Positions 18,840 to 27,964 of a stretch of 64,000 nt of DNA are shown here, piece by piece; the stretch's first letter is position 1; every line of letters starts with the position of its first letter. The notes under the pieces are model-generated. The model searched no databases. It saw only the letters and a program-made list of their open reading frames with translations, and was not told the origin of the DNA. Source of the stretch: an uncultured Gammaproteobacteria bacterium. Its GTDB lineage: Bacteria > Patescibacteriota > Microgenomatia > Daviesbacterales > UBA10151. The stretch spans positions 7,184-71,183 of the forward strand of contig CAYMRP010000004.1 of the NCBI GenBank assembly GCA_964392925.1, in the 5' to 3' direction. A program made the position numbers and the translations under genes.

Positions 18840-20144
18840 ATGAGATTTAGGTTCTGGCTCATTTTAATATTAGTTCTGCTGGCCAGCTATGCTATCGCCC
18901 CTAAAATAAATCTTCCTCAGACCCTAAAAATCCCTTATTTCAATTACGAGTTAACTAGTCTCGCCGGTAATTTTCCGTTGAAACTAGGCTTAGATCTTCA
19001 GGGCGGAACTCAGTTAGTTCTTCAGGCAAAAATGGATCAAATCGCTTCTGAGAGCCGCGATAATGCTCTCGAGTCCGCCAAAGAGGTTATCGAGCGCCGT
19101 GTCAATTTATTTGGCGTTTCTGAGTCTCTTATTCAAACTTCAAAAATAGGTGATAATCGTAGGATCCTGGTTGATCTACCTGGTGTCAAAGATGCTTCAG
19201 AAGCCGCTGACTTGGTCGGTAAAACCGCCCTCCTGGAATTCCGTGAATTAGTCGCCACCGACTCAGCTGAAGCTTCAGGCTCAGGTATGACTGATGCTCC
19301 TACCGGACTGACTGGCGCAGATCTTAAAAAAGCTCAGGTGGTTTTTTCTCAGGGCGGCGGAAACTCCGGTGCTCAAGTCTCAATTGAATTTAGTCCCGAA
19401 GGCTCCCAAAAATTTGCTGAAATAACCAAAAGAAACATCGGTAAGCCGCTTGCTATCTTTCTAGATAATGAATACATTTCAGCTCCAACTGTTCAGCAGG
19501 AAATAATTGGTGGAAACGCTGTAATCTCCGGCAATTTCTCAACAGAAGAAGCCAAATCTCTTTCAATTCAGTTAAACGCTGGTGCCTTACCCGTTCCAAT
19601 AGAAATAGTCGAACAACGGGTTATTGGTCCCTCTCTTGGCGCTGAGTCAGTTAAAGCCAGTGTTATCGCTGGTGTGATTGGTTTAATAACCATCATGCTC
19701 TATATGGCAGTTTATTACGGATTATGGGGAATCATTGCCGACATCGCCTTGATTATCTATACCATTTTTGTCTTAGCAATCTTTAAAACCGGCTTGTTCT
19801 TAATTCCCCCTGTAACTTTAACACTTCCTGGAATTGCCGGATTCATCCTTTCAATCGGTATGGCGGTTGATGCGAATATTCTTATTTTTGAAAGAATGAA
19901 AGAAGAATTAAGATGGGGTAAATCCCGCCGGCAGGCTTTAGAGTTAGGTTTTGATAGAGCTTGGTCATCAATCAGAGATTCGAACATTTCCTCACTATTA
20001 ACTGCGGCAATACTTTACTTTATTGGAACTGGTCTTGTTAAGGGCTTTGCTATTACTCTGGCGATCGGTGTTCTCGTTTCAATGTTCACTGCAATTTCAG
20101 TTACCCGCACGATTCTAAAACTAATTATAAAAAATAAGAAATAA
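18840..20144 (+). CDS. secD: Protein translocase subunit SecD
   Basis: N-terminal TM, LKLGLDLQGGTQLVLQA SecD signature, periplasmic domain, C-terminal six-TM SecDF core. Confidence 0.9.
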   Translation: MRFRFWLILILVLLASYAIAPKINLPQTLKIPYFNYELTSLAGNFPLKLGLDLQGGTQLVLQAKMDQIASESRDNALESAKEVIERRVNLFGVSESLIQTSKIGDNRRILVDLPGVKDASEAADLVGKTALLEFRELVATDSAEASGSGMTDAPTGLTGADLKKAQVVFSQGGGNSGAQVSIEFSPEGSQKFAEITKRNIGKPLAIFLDNEYISAPTVQQEIIGGNAVISGNFSTEEAKSLSIQLNAGALPVPIEIVEQRVIGPSLGAESVKASVIAGVIGLITIMLYMAVYYGLWGIIADIALIIYTIFVLAIFKTGLFLIPPVTLTLPGIAGFILSIGMAVDANILIFERMKEELRWGKSRRQALELGFDRAWSSIRDSNISSLLTAAILYFIGTGLVKGFAITLAIGVLVSMFTAISVTRTILKLIIKNKK

Positions 20145-21025
20145 TGAACAAATTTAAATCCCAAAACCCCAGCTTTGAACATTTAAGAAAAAAATGGACT
20201 GCCAAGCATAAAGAAACAACTCAAAATTTAATTGATAAACACGTCCGTCATATTGCCGCCACCTCTTTGGGAAGTCTGATGCTTCTCTCAACCCCCGGCC
20301 TGTCTGTTTCTACTCCTCCGGCCGAACTAACACAGGAGCAGCAGGGAAAAATCTCAGCCTCTTCCAGCAATAATGCCCTGCTCGCTTCAGAGTTAATAGA
20401 CAAGTTGCCAGGGGATGTAACTAAGTTATCCAGCGAACAGGACGATCTTATTATTGGCTTAATAAAAAAAGATCTTGGTGTTGATGTCAAAGCTGAAATT
20501 GACAATAAAAGACTTAATCGAACATACGGTGTTATAGGCGGAGAGCAGCATCTATATCGTTATCCCGGAGATATTCTTCAATCTCACGCCAGAGATGCCC
20601 AGGATTGGGCAATGTATGGGGGTTCAGGAATTGCCCCAGGTTTAGGAGCTTATGGCTATTTTGCTCCGTCTAAAGAAGCCATGACAGAAGAAATCGAACA
20701 AAGAGAACGCTATTATCTAGCAGTTCAAACATTCCTGTCTCCTGGTTTTTCCGAAAGAGTGGGTGAGTATCGTGACTTTTATCGCTTCAGAAAAATGCTG
20801 GTTGTTAATCCTAAAACCGGTCAAGCTGTAGTTGCTGTTATAGGAGACGCTGGACCAGCAGAGTGGACAGGTAAACATTTAGGCGGCAGTCCAGAAGTCA
20901 TGCACGAGCTCGGATTAGCAGGCGGTCCCAGAAAAGGTCCGGTGTTATACTATTTTATTGACGATCCGGAGAACAAAGTCGCGTTAGGTCCAATAAAATT
21001 AACTGAAGCCTTAGCCGAAAACTAA
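20144..21025 (+). CDS. Membrane-anchored protein with C-terminal RlpA/3D-like double-psi beta-barrel (DPBB) domain
   Basis: Signal anchor IAATSLGSLMLLSTPGLS. C-terminal MLVVNPKTGQAVVAVIGDAGPAEWTGKHLGGSPEVMHELGL resembles the V.V.N..NG.sv.v.inDRGP....DLS motif of RlpA/MltA 3D domains. Confidence 0.45.
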   Translation: MNKFKSQNPSFEHLRKKWTAKHKETTQNLIDKHVRHIAATSLGSLMLLSTPGLSVSTPPAELTQEQQGKISASSSNNALLASELIDKLPGDVTKLSSEQDDLIIGLIKKDLGVDVKAEIDNKRLNRTYGVIGGEQHLYRYPGDILQSHARDAQDWAMYGGSGIAPGLGAYGYFAPSKEAMTEEIEQRERYYLAVQTFLSPGFSERVGEYRDFYRFRKMLVVNPKTGQAVVAVIGDAGPAEWTGKHLGGSPEVMHELGLAGGPRKGPVLYYFIDDPENKVALGPIKLTEALAEN

Positions 21026-21028
21026 AGT

Positions 21029-21358
21029 ATGAAAAAATTCTACAGTCATTTAGTCGAAATAGAAACCGTAACTATAGAACTTGATTCTATAGATTTAGCC
21101 GATCACGAAAAGCACCAACTGGCAGGTCTCGTCGATTCTAATATGCATAATGTTGTTATGGATGCGATTCTTTCGAAGTTGTCCGACGAAGATAAACGAA
21201 AATTCGCCGAGATCGCCCACAGTGATAATCATCAAGCTGTCTGGGAATTTTTAAAAGATAAATCATCTGATATCGAAACTGAAATAAAAAAAGCTGCAGC
21301 TGATTTTAAGGCAGAGCTACACAAAGATTTAAAGGAGGCTAAAACTAAAAATGCTTAG
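21029..21358 (+). CDS. Hypothetical acidic helical protein (109 aa)
   Basis: ORF tightly packed between the DPBB gene and secF (overlaps secF by 8 nt). No motifs recognised. Confidence 0.4.
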   Translation: MKKFYSHLVEIETVTIELDSIDLADHEKHQLAGLVDSNMHNVVMDAILSKLSDEDKRKFAEIAHSDNHQAVWEFLKDKSSDIETEIKKAAADFKAELHKDLKEAKTKNA

Positions 21359-22214
21359 ATTAATGAAATACAAAATATTCTTCTTCATCTTTTCTACCTT
21401 ACTAATTATTCCCGGCATAATTTTCATCTTCATGGGCGGATTAAAATTTGGAATTGATTTTACTGGAGGTGCACTTCTTGAATATAAATTCCAAAATCAA
21501 ATTTCCAAAGACGATTTAAATCAATTCGGACAAGTAGTTGAATCCGGACAAAACACTTATATCCTGCGGACTCCGGCCGTTTCCCACGACGATCTTCAAA
21601 TATTAAAGAAAAATATTAACGATAAATTTGGCAGTTTTGAAGTTCGTCGTGAAGAAAACGTTGGTCCGACTATTGGTAAGGAACTTGAACAAAAAGCCAT
21701 TCTGGCCTTGGCAATTTCCTGGATCATGATTGTTCTTTATATTACCTTTGCATTCCGTAAATTACCTAAACCTGCCTCATCATTTAGATTTGGTATTTCG
21801 GCAATCGCTGCCTTAGTTCACGATGTTCTACTTTTAGTTGGAGCCTTCGCCATCTTTGGATATTTTTGGCACGTCGAAATAGATACATTATTTGTAACTG
21901 CGCTATTAACTGTTGTCGGTTTCTCAGTCCACGATACAATCGTTGTGTTCGATAGAATCCGCGAAAATCTACCAAAAAATATTGGTAAGAAATTTGAATA
22001 TGTTGTTGATATTTCTATAGCTCAAACTCTCGCCCGTTCACTGAACACATCCTTAACCGTTGCTTTTGTTCTAACAGCACTTTTACTTTTTGGAGGAATA
22101 ACCATTAAATGGTTTGTAGTTGCGCTTCTAATTGGTATTATTTCCGGAACTTACTCTTCAATATTCAATGCTGCTGCGCTTCTGTCATGGTGGGAAGAAA
22201 AACTCGGACACTAA
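21351..22214 (+). CDS. secF: Protein translocase subunit SecF
   Basis: GIDFTGGALLEY motif and six TM helices characteristic of SecF. Confidence 0.9.
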   Translation: MLRLMKYKIFFFIFSTLLIIPGIIFIFMGGLKFGIDFTGGALLEYKFQNQISKDDLNQFGQVVESGQNTYILRTPAVSHDDLQILKKNINDKFGSFEVRREENVGPTIGKELEQKAILALAISWIMIVLYITFAFRKLPKPASSFRFGISAIAALVHDVLLLVGAFAIFGYFWHVEIDTLFVTALLTVVGFSVHDTIVVFDRIRENLPKNIGKKFEYVVDISIAQTLARSLNTSLTVAFVLTALLLFGGITIKWFVVALLIGIISGTYSSIFNAAALLSWWEEKLGH

Positions 22215-22256
22215 TGGCTCCCTTACGCTTCCTCTCTAATTCAGTATAATGATTAG

Positions 22257-23174
22257 ATGTCCATTCTTTCAGTTAGTAATCTAACAAAAACTTTTAAAGA
22301 GTTCACCGCTGTTAATGACATTTCTTTTGATCTAAAACAAGGAGAAATACTAGGACTACTAGGTCCAAACGGTGCTGGAAAAACTACAACTATCCAAATG
22401 CTTTTAGGTATTCTGACCCCAACGTCGGGTTCGGTAGAATATTTTGGTAAAAATTTATTAACTCACCGCGAAGAAATCCTAGAAGATGTCAATTTCTCCA
22501 CAACTTACACAAATCTGCCTTGGGTGTTAACCGTAGCCGAATGCTTGAAATTCACATCTTATCTTTATGATATTAAGAATCGTAAAGAACGAGTTAAAGA
22601 GATAATTGATATTTTTGATTTAGAAAAACTTTTAAATAAAAAAGTTGGCTCGCTCTCCTCAGGTCAAAATACCCGGGTTAATTTGGCAAAATCATTTCTT
22701 AACAAACCTCGCGTTCTATTGCTTGATGAACCAACTGCCTCTCTGGATCCCGAATCAGCTAACTTAGTCAGAAAAGTTCTACTAAAGGAGCAAAAGGATT
22801 TTGGAATCTCAGTTATTCTCACCTCTCACAATATGAATGAAGTCGAAACAGTTTGTAACAGGGTTATTTTTATCAATGAGGGAAAAATTGTCGCTAACGA
22901 CACGCCAAAGTCTCTGGCCAAAACTATAAAAATTTCTCACTTAGAACTTCGCTTCGATGAAAGAATTGGCGATGTAATAAAACTTTTAGAATCAAAAGAT
23001 CTTAACTATAAAAAGAATAATGAATATTTAATCATTGATATTAATGAGATGAAGATACCCGAATTACTAAAAAACTTAATTGATAGAAAGCTTTCCTATT
23101 CTGAAATAAGCATTGAAAAGCCCTCATTGGAAGATTTCTTTTTGGAAAATGTCAGAAGAGAGGGGGTAGAGTAA
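22257..23174 (+). CDS. ABC transporter ATP-binding protein
   Basis: Walker A GPNGAGKTT, ABC signature LSSGQNTRVNLA, Walker B LLLDEPTASLD. Confidence 0.9.
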   Translation: MSILSVSNLTKTFKEFTAVNDISFDLKQGEILGLLGPNGAGKTTTIQMLLGILTPTSGSVEYFGKNLLTHREEILEDVNFSTTYTNLPWVLTVAECLKFTSYLYDIKNRKERVKEIIDIFDLEKLLNKKVGSLSSGQNTRVNLAKSFLNKPRVLLLDEPTASLDPESANLVRKVLLKEQKDFGISVILTSHNMNEVETVCNRVIFINEGKIVANDTPKSLAKTIKISHLELRFDERIGDVIKLLESKDLNYKKNNEYLIIDINEMKIPELLKNLIDRKLSYSEISIEKPSLEDFFLENVRREGVE

Positions 23175-23957
23175 ATGAAACTTCATCGTATTTACGGATT
23201 AATGCTCCGTAATTATTATTCCTTCAAGAAAAATCTTGACCGCATATCGGATTCTTTTTATTGGCCGACTATCGATTTATTAATGTGGGGCTTGACCAGT
23301 CAATTCTTTACACTAATGGGTGGGGGAAATAATGTCATGCTTTTTGTGCTTAGCGGTTTGGTGATGTGGCTGATTCTATGGAAAAGCCAGTACGAAATTT
23401 CTGTTAATTTACTTGATGAACTTTGGAATAGAAATTTAATAAATCTATTTGTATCGCCTCTTACTTTTACGGAATGGTTAGCATCAACTTTAATACTAGG
23501 AATTATAAAAGTCTTAATGAGTTTTTCATTTGCAGTTCTTCTGGCCTATCTGCTTTATTCTGTCAAAATCTTTGAATACGGTTTCCATTTGTTACCCTTC
23601 ATGTTAATCCTTCTTATGAGTGGTTGGACTGTTGGATTATTTGTGACCGGTCTGATTCTCAGATACGGCACCAAAATTCAGGCTTTTGCCTGGGCACTTG
23701 TATGGGTTTTTGGTCCCTTTTCTGCTATCTACTATCCGGTTTCAATACTTCCTTTATGGGCACAAAAAGTATCGGCTTTTATCCCGATGAGTTATGCCTT
23801 TGAGGGTATGAGGACAGTTCTTTCTACGGGTCAAATTGATTATCAAAAAGTTTTTCTTGGCTTAACAATTGTCACAATTTATTTGTCTTTGGCTGTAGTT
23901 TTTACCTATAAAAGTTTTGCTAAAGTAATGGAAAGGGGACTGCTAAAGCTGGATTAG
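23175..23957 (+). CDS. ABC-2 type transporter permease
   Basis: 260 aa, six TM helices. Start codon is the nucleotide after the upstream ATPase stop. Confidence 0.8.
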   Translation: MKLHRIYGLMLRNYYSFKKNLDRISDSFYWPTIDLLMWGLTSQFFTLMGGGNNVMLFVLSGLVMWLILWKSQYEISVNLLDELWNRNLINLFVSPLTFTEWLASTLILGIIKVLMSFSFAVLLAYLLYSVKIFEYGFHLLPFMLILLMSGWTVGLFVTGLILRYGTKIQAFAWALVWVFGPFSAIYYPVSILPLWAQKVSAFIPMSYAFEGMRTVLSTGQIDYQKVFLGLTIVTIYLSLAVVFTYKSFAKVMERGLLKLD

Positions 23958-25309
23958 TTATCTTTATGCTTTTTTACTTGTTCAGTTAAATACTCTTTAT
24001 TGTTTTTGGCCGCATCTTCTAAAACCTCCTGAAACAATTCATTCAAAACCTCTCCAACCTTCCGGCCCGGTTTAATCTCTAAAATTTCCATCACTTCAGT
24101 TCCTGTAATTTTTAAATCAGAAATTGAAAATGGTTTTTTCATCACTTCCTCAATTCTTTTTTTAAATTCTTCAGTTCTCCAGGAAGTTTCTGTCATAGTC
24201 CCTCCGCCTAAGCGATCGGCAACTCTAACAGCCATCATGTCATCAATATTCTCAAGTCCAACATTCTTAATAAATCTCCTGATTGCCGAATCAGTCTGGT
24301 GTTCTGACACTGTAAACATATGCCATCTGATTAGTCTGTATAATCTGTCCGCATCCTTTTTAGACAATCGTAATCTCTCAGCAATATTTTTCGACATATT
24401 AGCACCCACAGTTTCATGTCCAAAAAAAGTAACATTTCCCGCGTTGTCCTTCCGGTACGTTCTTGTTTTTCCGATATCGTGCAGCAAAGCCGCCAGTTTT
24501 ACTAAAGGATCATCACTCGGACAAAAATTTAGAGCCAAAAAATTATGTTCGCCAATATCATATTTTCGATCATGATTAGGTCCTTCCTGTGCCACACCAA
24601 AACATTCTGTTACTTCAGGTAAAATCTTTTCTAAAACTCCTGTTTCGCGAAGCAAAACGATTCCTTTGAGGGCTGCCTTATTGCTTAGTATTTTAAACAA
24701 CTCATCACGAACCCTCTCACCAGAAATATTCTTTATTAATCCAGAATTGGCCTTTACTGATTCTAAAGTTTTATTCTCAATCTCAAATCCTAATTGAGTA
24801 GCGAGCCGGATAGCCCGCATCAATCTCAAGGCATCCTCTTTAAAACGGGTATCAGGATCTCCCACCGAACGAACTAATTTATTTTTAATATCTTCTTCTC
24901 CTGAGAATGGATCGATAATCAGTGGCTTTGGATGAGTTGAATCAAGCTCAATAGCAATTGCATTTATTGTAAAATCCCGTCTGGCTAAATCCTCTTCTAT
25001 TTCTTTAGTCCAACTCACCTCAGATGGCCTTCTTGAGTCTTTATATTCTCCCTCCTTGCGCATAGTTGTCACTTCCAAAATTCCCAAATTAGTTTTAATA
25101 CCTACTGTACCAAAAGTATTCTCATAAAAACCCTCGGGAAACATCTCCAAAATCTCCTCCGGAGTTGCATCAGTAGTTAAATCCCAGTCCTTATGAGTCT
25201 TTTTCATCAATAAATCACGAACAGCTCCCCCGACTAAATATATTCTATAGTCGGATTTTGTAAATTTGCTTATGACCTGATAAATTTCATCTGGTAAAAT
25301 GATTTCCAT
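23954..25309 (-). CDS. cca: CCA tRNA nucleotidyltransferase with HD domain
   Basis: Pol-beta NTase motif YLVGGAVRDLL..DWDLTT; HD motif LLHDIGK. Convergent 4-nt overlap with the ABC permease stop. Confidence 0.85.
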   Translation of the reverse strand: MEIILPDEIYQVISKFTKSDYRIYLVGGAVRDLLMKKTHKDWDLTTDATPEEILEMFPEGFYENTFGTVGIKTNLGILEVTTMRKEGEYKDSRRPSEVSWTKEIEEDLARRDFTINAIAIELDSTHPKPLIIDPFSGEEDIKNKLVRSVGDPDTRFKEDALRLMRAIRLATQLGFEIENKTLESVKANSGLIKNISGERVRDELFKILSNKAALKGIVLLRETGVLEKILPEVTECFGVAQEGPNHDRKYDIGEHNFLALNFCPSDDPLVKLAALLHDIGKTRTYRKDNAGNVTFFGHETVGANMSKNIAERLRLSKKDADRLYRLIRWHMFTVSEHQTDSAIRRFIKNVGLENIDDMMAVRVADRLGGGTMTETSWRTEEFKKRIEEVMKKPFSISDLKITGTEVMEILEIKPGRKVGEVLNELFQEVLEDAAKNNKEYLTEQVKKHKDN

Positions 25310-25327
25310 TACCTAATTGTACTAAAA

Positions 25328-26932
25328 ATGGCAAAACTTTGGAGAATCAAGCAAAAATCATCTGAGGATATAGTTGAACTTCTTCTACTAATTAGAGGTT
25401 TAAAGTCTGAACCAGATCGGTTGGATTTCTTTAATCCTAAAATTGAGAATTACCAACAAGAATTAAAAATTCCCGGCATCGAAAAATCTCTTAAGAGAAT
25501 TAACAAAGCCATAGAGGATAGGGAGCAAATAGTTGTATTTGGCGATTATGATGTTGATGGTATCAGCGCCTCGGCTATTTTATATAAAGCTCTGACCTCA
25601 ATTGGTGCAAAAGTTATGCCCTATATTCCTCACAGAGAAAAGGAAGGCTATGGATTATCCAAATTAGGATTAGAATTTGCCCGGGACTCAGGAGCTTCAT
25701 TAGTAATTACAGTCGACAATGGCATCGTAGCTATTGATCAGGCAGAGTATGCAAAGCAGATTGGCTTGGAACTAATCATTACCGATCACCACACTCCTGG
25801 TGAAAGAAAACCAATTGCCCATTCCATTGTTCACTCTACAAAAATCTGTGGAGCAGCAGTCGCTTGGTGTTTAATAAAAGATGTCGTTAAGCCAGAACTT
25901 TCGCGTGAACTGCTTGAGTTTGTCGCAATCGCCACCGTCGCCGACATGATGCCCCTTATCGGACTAAACAGAGCTTTTGTCAGCGAGGGCTTAAAAGTTT
26001 TAAATAAAACCAAGAATTTAGGTTTTCAAACTTTGCTTTCAGAAACTAAACTTGAAAAAGGGAGCCTAAAATCCTACGAATTAGGTCATATACTAGCTCC
26101 GCGAATAAACGCTATTGGCCGGTTGGAACATGCCATCGATGCTCTTAGACTTCTCTGCACCAAAGATCCTATTAAGGCCAAGCGGTTAGCAAAATTATTA
26201 AATGATACTAATCTCAAAAGACAAGACCTTACTATCAAAGCTTATCAGGAGGCGTTAATGATGGCACAGGAGAAAGCAAATAAAAATAAAAAGATTCAAA
26301 TTTTATACTCTAAAGATTGGCATCCGGGAATAATCGGTTTAATCGCCGGCCGGATTACTGAAAATTTTTCCACACCAACACTTGCTATTTCTGTTGGTGA
26401 ATCAATCTCCAAAGGCTCTGCCCGCAGCGTTAAAGGTCTTAATATTACCGATCTCCTAAGGTCTTGCAATGATTTTCTGCTTGATGTCGGTGGTCATGCC
26501 GGAGCTGCCGGATTTAGTTTATCAACAGATAATATAGATAAGTTTAAACAAAAAATGGAAACACTTGTTATTGATATGGAAATTAGTCCGCCGGGAGAAT
26601 TTCTTGATATTGAAGCTGAGGTTCCAGTCTCTAAAATTAATAAGTCACTTGCCAAAAAACTAGAAGATTTTGAGCCTTTTGGACTTTTAAATCCCCGTCC
26701 AATTCTTGCAACAAACAATATGAAAATTACAGATATCAGAACTCTTAGTGCCGGTAAGCATTTAAAATTTAAAGCCGAAGGTATAGATGCCATTGCTTTT
26801 AATATGGGAGAACTAGAAAGTCTTATGCACGCTGGTCAGATTATAGACTTGGCTTACAGCCTTGAAATTAATAAGTTTAACGGTAATGAAAATCTTCAAT
26901 TCAAAGTGAAAGATATTCGTTTTGAGAAATAA
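25328..26932 (+). CDS. recJ: Single-stranded-DNA-specific exonuclease RecJ
   Basis: DHH motifs VVFGDYDVDGISASAIL and ITDHH, plus DHHA1 C-domain. Confidence 0.9.
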   Translation: MAKLWRIKQKSSEDIVELLLLIRGLKSEPDRLDFFNPKIENYQQELKIPGIEKSLKRINKAIEDREQIVVFGDYDVDGISASAILYKALTSIGAKVMPYIPHREKEGYGLSKLGLEFARDSGASLVITVDNGIVAIDQAEYAKQIGLELIITDHHTPGERKPIAHSIVHSTKICGAAVAWCLIKDVVKPELSRELLEFVAIATVADMMPLIGLNRAFVSEGLKVLNKTKNLGFQTLLSETKLEKGSLKSYELGHILAPRINAIGRLEHAIDALRLLCTKDPIKAKRLAKLLNDTNLKRQDLTIKAYQEALMMAQEKANKNKKIQILYSKDWHPGIIGLIAGRITENFSTPTLAISVGESISKGSARSVKGLNITDLLRSCNDFLLDVGGHAGAAGFSLSTDNIDKFKQKMETLVIDMEISPPGEFLDIEAEVPVSKINKSLAKKLEDFEPFGLLNPRPILATNNMKITDIRTLSAGKHLKFKAEGIDAIAFNMGELESLMHAGQIIDLAYSLEINKFNGNENLQFKVKDIRFEK

Positions 26933-27071
26933 TTGTTTCTAGACATTTTTTAATTTAGTGATATACTTTAATTTAATGGTTCATAAGAAAAACTGGTTTA
27001 GCTTTACATATTTCTACTTCCGCAAGGAGGAGGCCTCTTAATGTCCTAAATGGACACTAAAGAGAATCAGG

Positions 27072-27097
27072 CCTCCCGAATGGGAGGTTTTTTTTAG
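27072..27097 (+). terminator. Intrinsic terminator/attenuator hairpin 10 nt upstream of the DAHP synthase start codon
   Basis: CCTCCC-GAAT-GGGAGG followed by TTTTTTTT. It lies 140 nt after the recJ stop and directly abuts the first gene of the aromatic operon. Confidence 0.7.
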
Positions 27098-27106
27098 GTC
27101 AAAATT

Positions 27107-27964
27107 ATGGGAAAAATGACAAAACTAACACTAAATAAAATAATAATTGCTGGTCCTTGTGCGGCCGAAACGCGTGAACAAGTTCTAGAGAGCGCTAAGC
27201 AGGCAAAAAAACGCGGCGTTAAAATTCTTCGCGCTTCTCTGTGGAAACCAAGAACTGAACCAGGTTTTGACGGTGTAAAAGAAAAAGGCATTGATTGGTT
27301 AGTTGAAGTTGGTAATATGGGTTTGACTCCTGGTACAGAAGTATTAAACGCAAGAAATACTAAAGCAGTTCTAGCGGCTATTGCCAAGAATGTCAAAAAT
27401 CCTTCAGCCCTTATTTGGATTGGTGCCCGAAATCAAAACCATGACGAACAAGTTGCCATTGTCAAAGCTGTCAAAAAATATCCCTGGGCCCGCTTCATGT
27501 TTAAAAATCAGCCTTGGAGAAATGAAAAGCATTGGAGAGGAATTCTAAAACACGTTTTAAGTACAAATATTCCTAAAGAAAAAATCTTTTTATCTCATCG
27601 AGGTTTTGACCCCGGAACCGATGAGCCGCGTGATCCGAAAGAATTAAGAAATTTTCCAGATTACAAAATGGCCATGAGAGTTAAAACAGAAGAAAATGTT
27701 GAAATGATAATTGATCCATCACACATGGGCGGCACAGTCGAAAATGTCATAAAAATCACCAAAGAAGCTATGCGCCACAAAGAGGCAGGTACTTCCTTTG
27801 ATGGTTTTATTTTTGAGATTCACCCGAATCCTTCTATAGCTTGGACTGATGCTAAACAGCAGCTTACTTGGGAGCAGTTCGATGACTTAATGGAGGAGTA
27901 TCATAATTTACACAAGGAGCCTTCCAAGAAAGCTAAAGCAGTCAGTACACCAGCATCACTCTAA
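27107..27964 (+). CDS. aroF: 3-deoxy-7-phosphoheptulonate (DAHP) synthase, type I-beta
   Basis: IIAGPCAAETREQ, ILRASLWKPRTEPGFDG, IGARN, IDPSHMGG, EIHPNP..D..QQL align with Thermotoga/Pyrococcus-type DAHPS. Confidence 0.85.
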   Translation: MGKMTKLTLNKIIIAGPCAAETREQVLESAKQAKKRGVKILRASLWKPRTEPGFDGVKEKGIDWLVEVGNMGLTPGTEVLNARNTKAVLAAIAKNVKNPSALIWIGARNQNHDEQVAIVKAVKKYPWARFMFKNQPWRNEKHWRGILKHVLSTNIPKEKIFLSHRGFDPGTDEPRDPKELRNFPDYKMAMRVKTEENVEMIIDPSHMGGTVENVIKITKEAMRHKEAGTSFDGFIFEIHPNPSIAWTDAKQQLTWEQFDDLMEEYHNLHKEPSKKAKAVSTPASL

